The notes below the pieces were generated by a model, which saw only the letters and a list, made by a program, of their open reading frames with translations, made no database searches and was not told the origin of the DNA. Shown one piece after another: positions 59,945 through 64,000 of a DNA stretch of 64,000 nt (position 1 is its first letter; the number at the start of each line of letters is the position of its first letter). This DNA comes from Candidatus Bathyarchaeia archaeon (lineage in GTDB: Archaea; Thermoproteota; Bathyarchaeia; Bathyarchaeales; Bathycorpusculaceae): NCBI GenBank assembly GCA_049515895.1, contig JBEKTQ010000001.1:128001-192000 (forward strand). The letters are read 5' to 3'. A program made the position numbers and the translations under genes.

Positions 59945-60302
59945 GTCAAAGTCACTTCAATAAACAGTCAAAATCAGTTACAGTTTTAATGACGTTTGCT
60001 CGGTAATTAAGTTTCTGTTGTCCTACAATTTCAGGCGCCCAAAATAATTCACAAAAACAAATGATTTTTGCAAACTCGGCGTCTAAAAATAAGTCGGATT
60101 TCGGATCAATAAGATGTTTAGTAGAAATTAAGAGGATTTTTATAGAAACCTTTAACTTCTCAGGTCAGCCGAAGCCAAATTCAAGAGTATGAAACCTGCG
60201 GCAACTTCAGTCATCCATTAAGAGTCCTCTCAACTTCAATCATCAGCAATGCGTTGTGCAGGTGGATACAGCACTAACATACTCTCAGCCGAGACATCAG
60301 AC

Positions 60303-60884
60303 CTAAAGGCAACCAGCCCAAATTTTTTTATTCTTGAGTATTTTGTGTTGAATAAATTTTCTTATGATTTCTTGATTTCTGACTTCCGGATGGAATAGGG
60401 TTCCGTAAATGTCTTTACCCTTGTGTTTTATCATTTGAACGCAATTTGGGGATTTCGCCCATATCTCAAAATCAGCAGAAGGCTCAACGCAGATGGTGTG
60501 AAGTGAATAAGCTTTCAAGCATCCAGAAACGAGCGGGTTTTCTTGGACAATGTTTACAGGGATCATCCCGATCTCTAAGCACCGTTTCAAGTGCATACCA
60601 TAAACTACTCCTATTGTTTCCATCCCCGCACATATGCCCAGTACAGGCTTTTCCGTTTTCTTGAGCCACTGAAATTTTTCTGGTTGGGATAAGGTCGCAT
60701 TGTCCTTAAGCGGGGTTCCAGAGAGGATTATTGCGTCACATGCGGTTAGTTCTTCGCTGCCCACGTCGAGGTAATGTCTAACATCGCACTCGTCTAAGGA
60801 TTTTACGACTTGAATTATAGGCAAAACAAACTCGTAATAACCCAGTGAATTGTTCTTGCAGTTCATGTCAACAATTAAGATCAT
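60303..60884 (-). CDS. Class I glutamine amidotransferase, stand-alone
   Basis: IILSG, PVLGICAG (nucleophile Cys), FHPE triad. Confidence 0.88.
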   Translation of the reverse strand: MILIVDMNCKNNSLGYYEFVLPIIQVVKSLDECDVRHYLDVGSEELTACDAIILSGTPLKDNATLSQPEKFQWLKKTEKPVLGICAGMETIGVVYGMHLKRCLEIGMIPVNIVQENPLVSGCLKAYSLHTICVEPSADFEIWAKSPNCVQMIKHKGKDIYGTLFHPEVRNQEIIRKFIQHKILKNKKIWAGCL

Positions 60885-61561
60885 TTTTCAACCAGCCGTG
60901 CCCTGTTAATCTGGAACACTCCCGAGTTTCCCCTTGCACTAGAGGTATAATCGAGGATTTCGATTTTCTTCTTGAATCGAGGTGCGTCTAAAACCGTGGT
61001 CTCGATTTCCCCACCTTCCCCAGAAGGGCTAATGCAGTATTTTTGTTGAAGCTCCAACAAGTTGGCTACTACCGTGGTATCGATTTGTTTTCCCAGCCAT
61101 TTCTCGTCAAGAGGGTAAGCGAAAACTCCCGAAATGATCACCTTAAAACATCTTTCAAGAAGCTCCTCCAGAAGGGCTTTTTGGTCATGTTTCCAAAGCG
61201 GGTTGAAACACCAAAGGTCTAGTTTGTTACATATTCGTTGAACCCGTTCTGCCTGGTAGACCGACTCAACCGCGCCCGTCACCACGCCTTGTATCTTGAA
61301 TTCCTTCACTGCCGTCACTATTGCTCCTTCTAGGTCCATGAGTTCTTTCTCCTTTTCACCCAAAGTTGTCTTCGCGACACGGGGCAAATCTAAGGCTTCC
61401 GCTTGGAGGGCAGTGATGTCGATGTTTGGCGTATGGAACATGTAGCTCTCCTTATTCTCGGACAGCAAAGTTATCAGACAAACAACTTCTTCTCTCTCCT
61501 CAGCGTAGTGAAGGGCAAGGGTGGAATCTTTGCCTCCAGAAAATAGAACTCCTAGTCGCAT
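60881..61561 (-). CDS. Diphthine--ammonia ligase family PP-loop ATPase (Dph6/MJ0570-like)
   Basis: LFSGGKDS, SYMFH, GAVESVYQ..R, PLW, GEGGEIET.VLDAP.F. Confidence 0.9.
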   Translation of the reverse strand: MRLGVLFSGGKDSTLALHYAEEREEVVCLITLLSENKESYMFHTPNIDITALQAEALDLPRVAKTTLGEKEKELMDLEGAIVTAVKEFKIQGVVTGAVESVYQAERVQRICNKLDLWCFNPLWKHDQKALLEELLERCFKVIISGVFAYPLDEKWLGKQIDTTVVANLLELQQKYCISPSGEGGEIETTVLDAPRFKKKIEILDYTSSARGNSGVFQINRARLVEK

Positions 61562-61614
61562 GGCTACCTTAAAAAAGAAAACTGGTTAATATTCCTGTTT
61601 GACGCGGTTGCTGC

Positions 61615-62811
61615 CTAGACTTTTACGTTGCAGATGTTAGGAATAGCCTTGAGCTTCTTTATTATGTCGGGGTTGACTTTTTGGTGAAGCACATACACTG
61701 ATATGGCGAAGCCGCTGTTTCCTATTTGTCTTGAATAGTTGGCTCTTATGTTTATGTCGTTATCAGCAAGAACTTTGTCGATGTTGGCGAATACGCCTGG
61801 GACATCTCGGTGATGAATGAACAGTGTGTGAACTGGTTTTTCCTCAAGCTCGATGCTTTCACCTGCGTTCACGGCATTTAAGAAGTCTCCGCCCAGAAGG
61901 AAGCTTGAAACTACACGGGCTATTTCGGTTGATGTTTCCCTTTGTGCTTCAACTGTTGAGGCTCCAAGGTGACTGCTTAGAACCACGTTATCCAGCTCTT
62001 TCAGCTTGTTTTTGAATTCGCCGTCTTCAGCTTTGGGTTCATCAGCGTAAACGTCAAGTGCGGCGCCAGCTATTTTTCCCTCTTTCAACGCTTTGTATAG
62101 TGCCTTTTCGTTTACGTTGTTGCCTCTTGAAGTGTTAACCAGGTAAGCTGTTGGCTTCATCATCCTGAGTTCTTTTTCGCCGATTACTGTTTCCTTTCCG
62201 GCTGGAGTATGAACGCTCAAATAATCTGCTTTTGCAAGAACCTCTTCTTTCGTTACGAATTTTATTCCTGAGTCATAACATGGCTTAATGTCAAAGCCAA
62301 TGACTTCCATGTCAAAGCCGCGGCGTGCAATTTCAGCTAGTTTTTGCCCGATTCTTCCGCAGCCTAAAATACCCAAAGTTTTGTAAGATAGCTCGTTACC
62401 TTTTAGCTTCGCTTTTTTCCATTTACCGCTTTTTAGCGACTGGTGGGCTTGGGGAGTTTTTCTGGAGATGGCAAGCATTAAGCCAATGGTTAATTCTGCC
62501 ACTGCATTAGTGCTTCCGTAAGGCGCAGATTTTACAACTATCCCGTTTTCTGACGCTGCTGGCACATCAATATTGTCGAAGCCTACTCCTGCTCTTCCGA
62601 TAATTTTGAGTTTGCCTCTCGTGCCTGCTTCAATAACTTCTCTTGTAACTTTAGTAGCGCTTCGCACAATTAATGCGTCAAAGCCGCCTATGTCAACAAC
62701 AAGCCTATCCGAGTCTCTTTTCTGGGTATCTGTTTCTATCCCAGCGTTTAGAAGCAGTTGCAATCCTTCTTTTTCTAAACCATCGTTTAATAATACTTTC
62801 ATTTCAGCCAA
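61615..62811 (-). CDS. serA: D-3-phosphoglycerate dehydrogenase with C-terminal ACT domain
   Basis: VRSATKV, RAGVGFDNID, GCGRIG, NTSRG, LDVY..EP, HLGAST.EAQ, HRDVPGV. Confidence 0.92.
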   Translation of the reverse strand: MAEMKVLLNDGLEKEGLQLLLNAGIETDTQKRDSDRLVVDIGGFDALIVRSATKVTREVIEAGTRGKLKIIGRAGVGFDNIDVPAASENGIVVKSAPYGSTNAVAELTIGLMLAISRKTPQAHQSLKSGKWKKAKLKGNELSYKTLGILGCGRIGQKLAEIARRGFDMEVIGFDIKPCYDSGIKFVTKEEVLAKADYLSVHTPAGKETVIGEKELRMMKPTAYLVNTSRGNNVNEKALYKALKEGKIAGAALDVYADEPKAEDGEFKNKLKELDNVVLSSHLGASTVEAQRETSTEIARVVSSFLLGGDFLNAVNAGESIELEEKPVHTLFIHHRDVPGVFANIDKVLADNDINIRANYSRQIGNSGFAISVYVLHQKVNPDIIKKLKAIPNICNVKV

Positions 62812-62915
62812 CTCCCCCTATGCTTAGCAACTTGGTGATTTAAGCTGATTGGCAAACAGCAATATTAAATATTCCCGATAGCTAACGGTTTTGTATTCCC
62901 TTTCAGCTTGAGCCT

Positions 62916-63218
62916 TTATTTTTTCAGGGCGGCGACTTGTTGTTTGCTCATTCGCATTGTGGCAATATTGAACGTTGATACTTCGTGGCAGTATGGACAT
63001 CGCAGTCGACGCGTGTTTCCACGGTAGAGAGAGATGAAGCTGGCTCCTGGAACCCAGTGATAGTTGAACTGCTTTTTGCATTTTGGGCATGTTAACCTCG
63101 AAACAGCATGAGGACCATACCTGGGAAGCAACATAAAAACTGCTATGAAAACTACCGCTGTAACTATAACGTAGATTACGAGAAGATCTACCATGCCTTT
63201 TCTGTTTTCAAGATGCAA
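62916..63218 (-). CDS. Small membrane-anchored zinc-ribbon protein
   Basis: N-terminal TM helix followed by CPKC...CPYC. Confidence 0.7.
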   Translation of the reverse strand: MHLENRKGMVDLLVIYVIVTAVVFIAVFMLLPRYGPHAVSRLTCPKCKKQFNYHWVPGASFISLYRGNTRRLRCPYCHEVSTFNIATMRMSKQQVAALKK

Positions 63219-63307
63219 TCGTTTTGCTTATTAATATTTAGCCTTATTTTTTCGTTTTCACAGTCAAGTTTGCGGGGTTTCGTAATTTCTTTAAAAAGAA
63301 TTGAATG

Positions 63308-64000
63308 CTAGGGCTTTTTTATGTAGCTTAATGTCTCTTCGATGTTTTGGAAGCCATATTTAACTCCGCTAAACTCCTTCCTCAGAAGTTGCACGTCTTT
63401 CTTAACCTCTTCGGGTTTACGCTTACCTTTTATAACGTTAATTATAAGGTCGCACAGGTGTTTTATGTCGCCTTCCCTGAAGCCCCTTCGAGTTACATCT
63501 TGGAAGCCGATTCTTAGCCCTGAAGGATCCTCTTTGCTGCTCTGGTCATCGTAGGGCAAGAGGTTCTTGTTGAGAATTATGTTTGCCTCTTCGAGGTCTT
63601 GAGCAATCTTGTTGCCGCCGCCGAAACTCCGGATATCAACCGCGATTTGGTGAGATTTAGTGAAGCCTTTTTTCTCAGCGATAACTTTAATCCCATTCTC
63701 AAATAGGTATTGCCCAGCAGTCTGAGCGTTTTTCACTATCTGCTTTGCGAGATCCACTCCAAAAAGCTTCATTTCTAAAGATGCAACACCGAGCGCTGGC
63801 AACCTGCCAAGGTGGGTGTTCGAAGCGGTAAGTGGGAAAATGGCAAACTGAATTTTCTTCACGGCTTTCTCCAGGCCCGGATTGTTTTGGTTCCCCATTA
63901 TGACGCCGCCTTGAGGACCAGGAAAAGTTTTGTGAGTTGAAGAAGTGACAAAATCTGCTCCTTCCCGCAACGGATCTTGGAATTGGCCACCAGCAATTAA
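63308..64000 (-). CDS. glyA: Serine hydroxymethyltransferase, C-terminal part (5' end outside the window)
   Basis: LIAGGQFQDP upstream of the track start, SSTHKTFPGPQGG (PLP Lys), NKNLLP, PSGLRIG. Confidence 0.95.
   Translation of the reverse strand, partial: LIAGGQFQDPLREGADFVTSSTHKTFPGPQGGVIMGNQNNPGLEKAVKKIQFAIFPLTASNTHLGRLPALGVASLEMKLFGVDLAKQIVKNAQTAGQYLFENGIKVIAEKKGFTKSHQIAVDIRSFGGGNKIAQDLEEANIILNKNLLPYDDQSSKEDPSGLRIGFQDVTRRGFREGDIKHLCDLIINVIKGKRKPEEVKKDVQLLRKEFSGVKYGFQNIEETLSYIKKP

Overview
A 64 kb archaeal chromosomal window. Histone, Alba, eS1/eS17/eS25/eS26, thermosome, Hel308, tetraether synthase and frequent TTG starts fit a TACK-lineage archaeon, most likely Bathyarchaeia (inference, not a database result). 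Most of it is housekeeping: cofD (partial), moaE, serS, pyrC, rpoK, trpY/trpB2, tes, purB, a split glutamate synthase operon, a Lon-type protease, diphthine-ammonia ligase, serA and glyA (partial). It also has a ~12 kb surface-glycosylation cluster (26.7-38.6 kb), an IscS-like/IscU/SufS Fe-S cluster, an intron-containing tRNA-Glu(CTC), and an AT-rich ~4.4 kb accessory island (19.5-23.9 kb) starting with an integrase remnant. The best leads for new biology are: (i) an island two-gene unit of a C39-like Cys protease with a PCNA-interaction-like motif plus an unknown 311-aa partner; (ii) a ~103-nt G-U-supported stem-loop upstream of a DUF559/Vsr-like nuclease and tRNA-Glu; (iii) a glutaminase translationally coupled to diphthine-ammonia ligase; (iv) an IscS with a degenerate PLP site next to an intact SufS; and (v) apparent ACG and CTG start codons. 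All protein calls come from motif recognition by eye; no searches were run.
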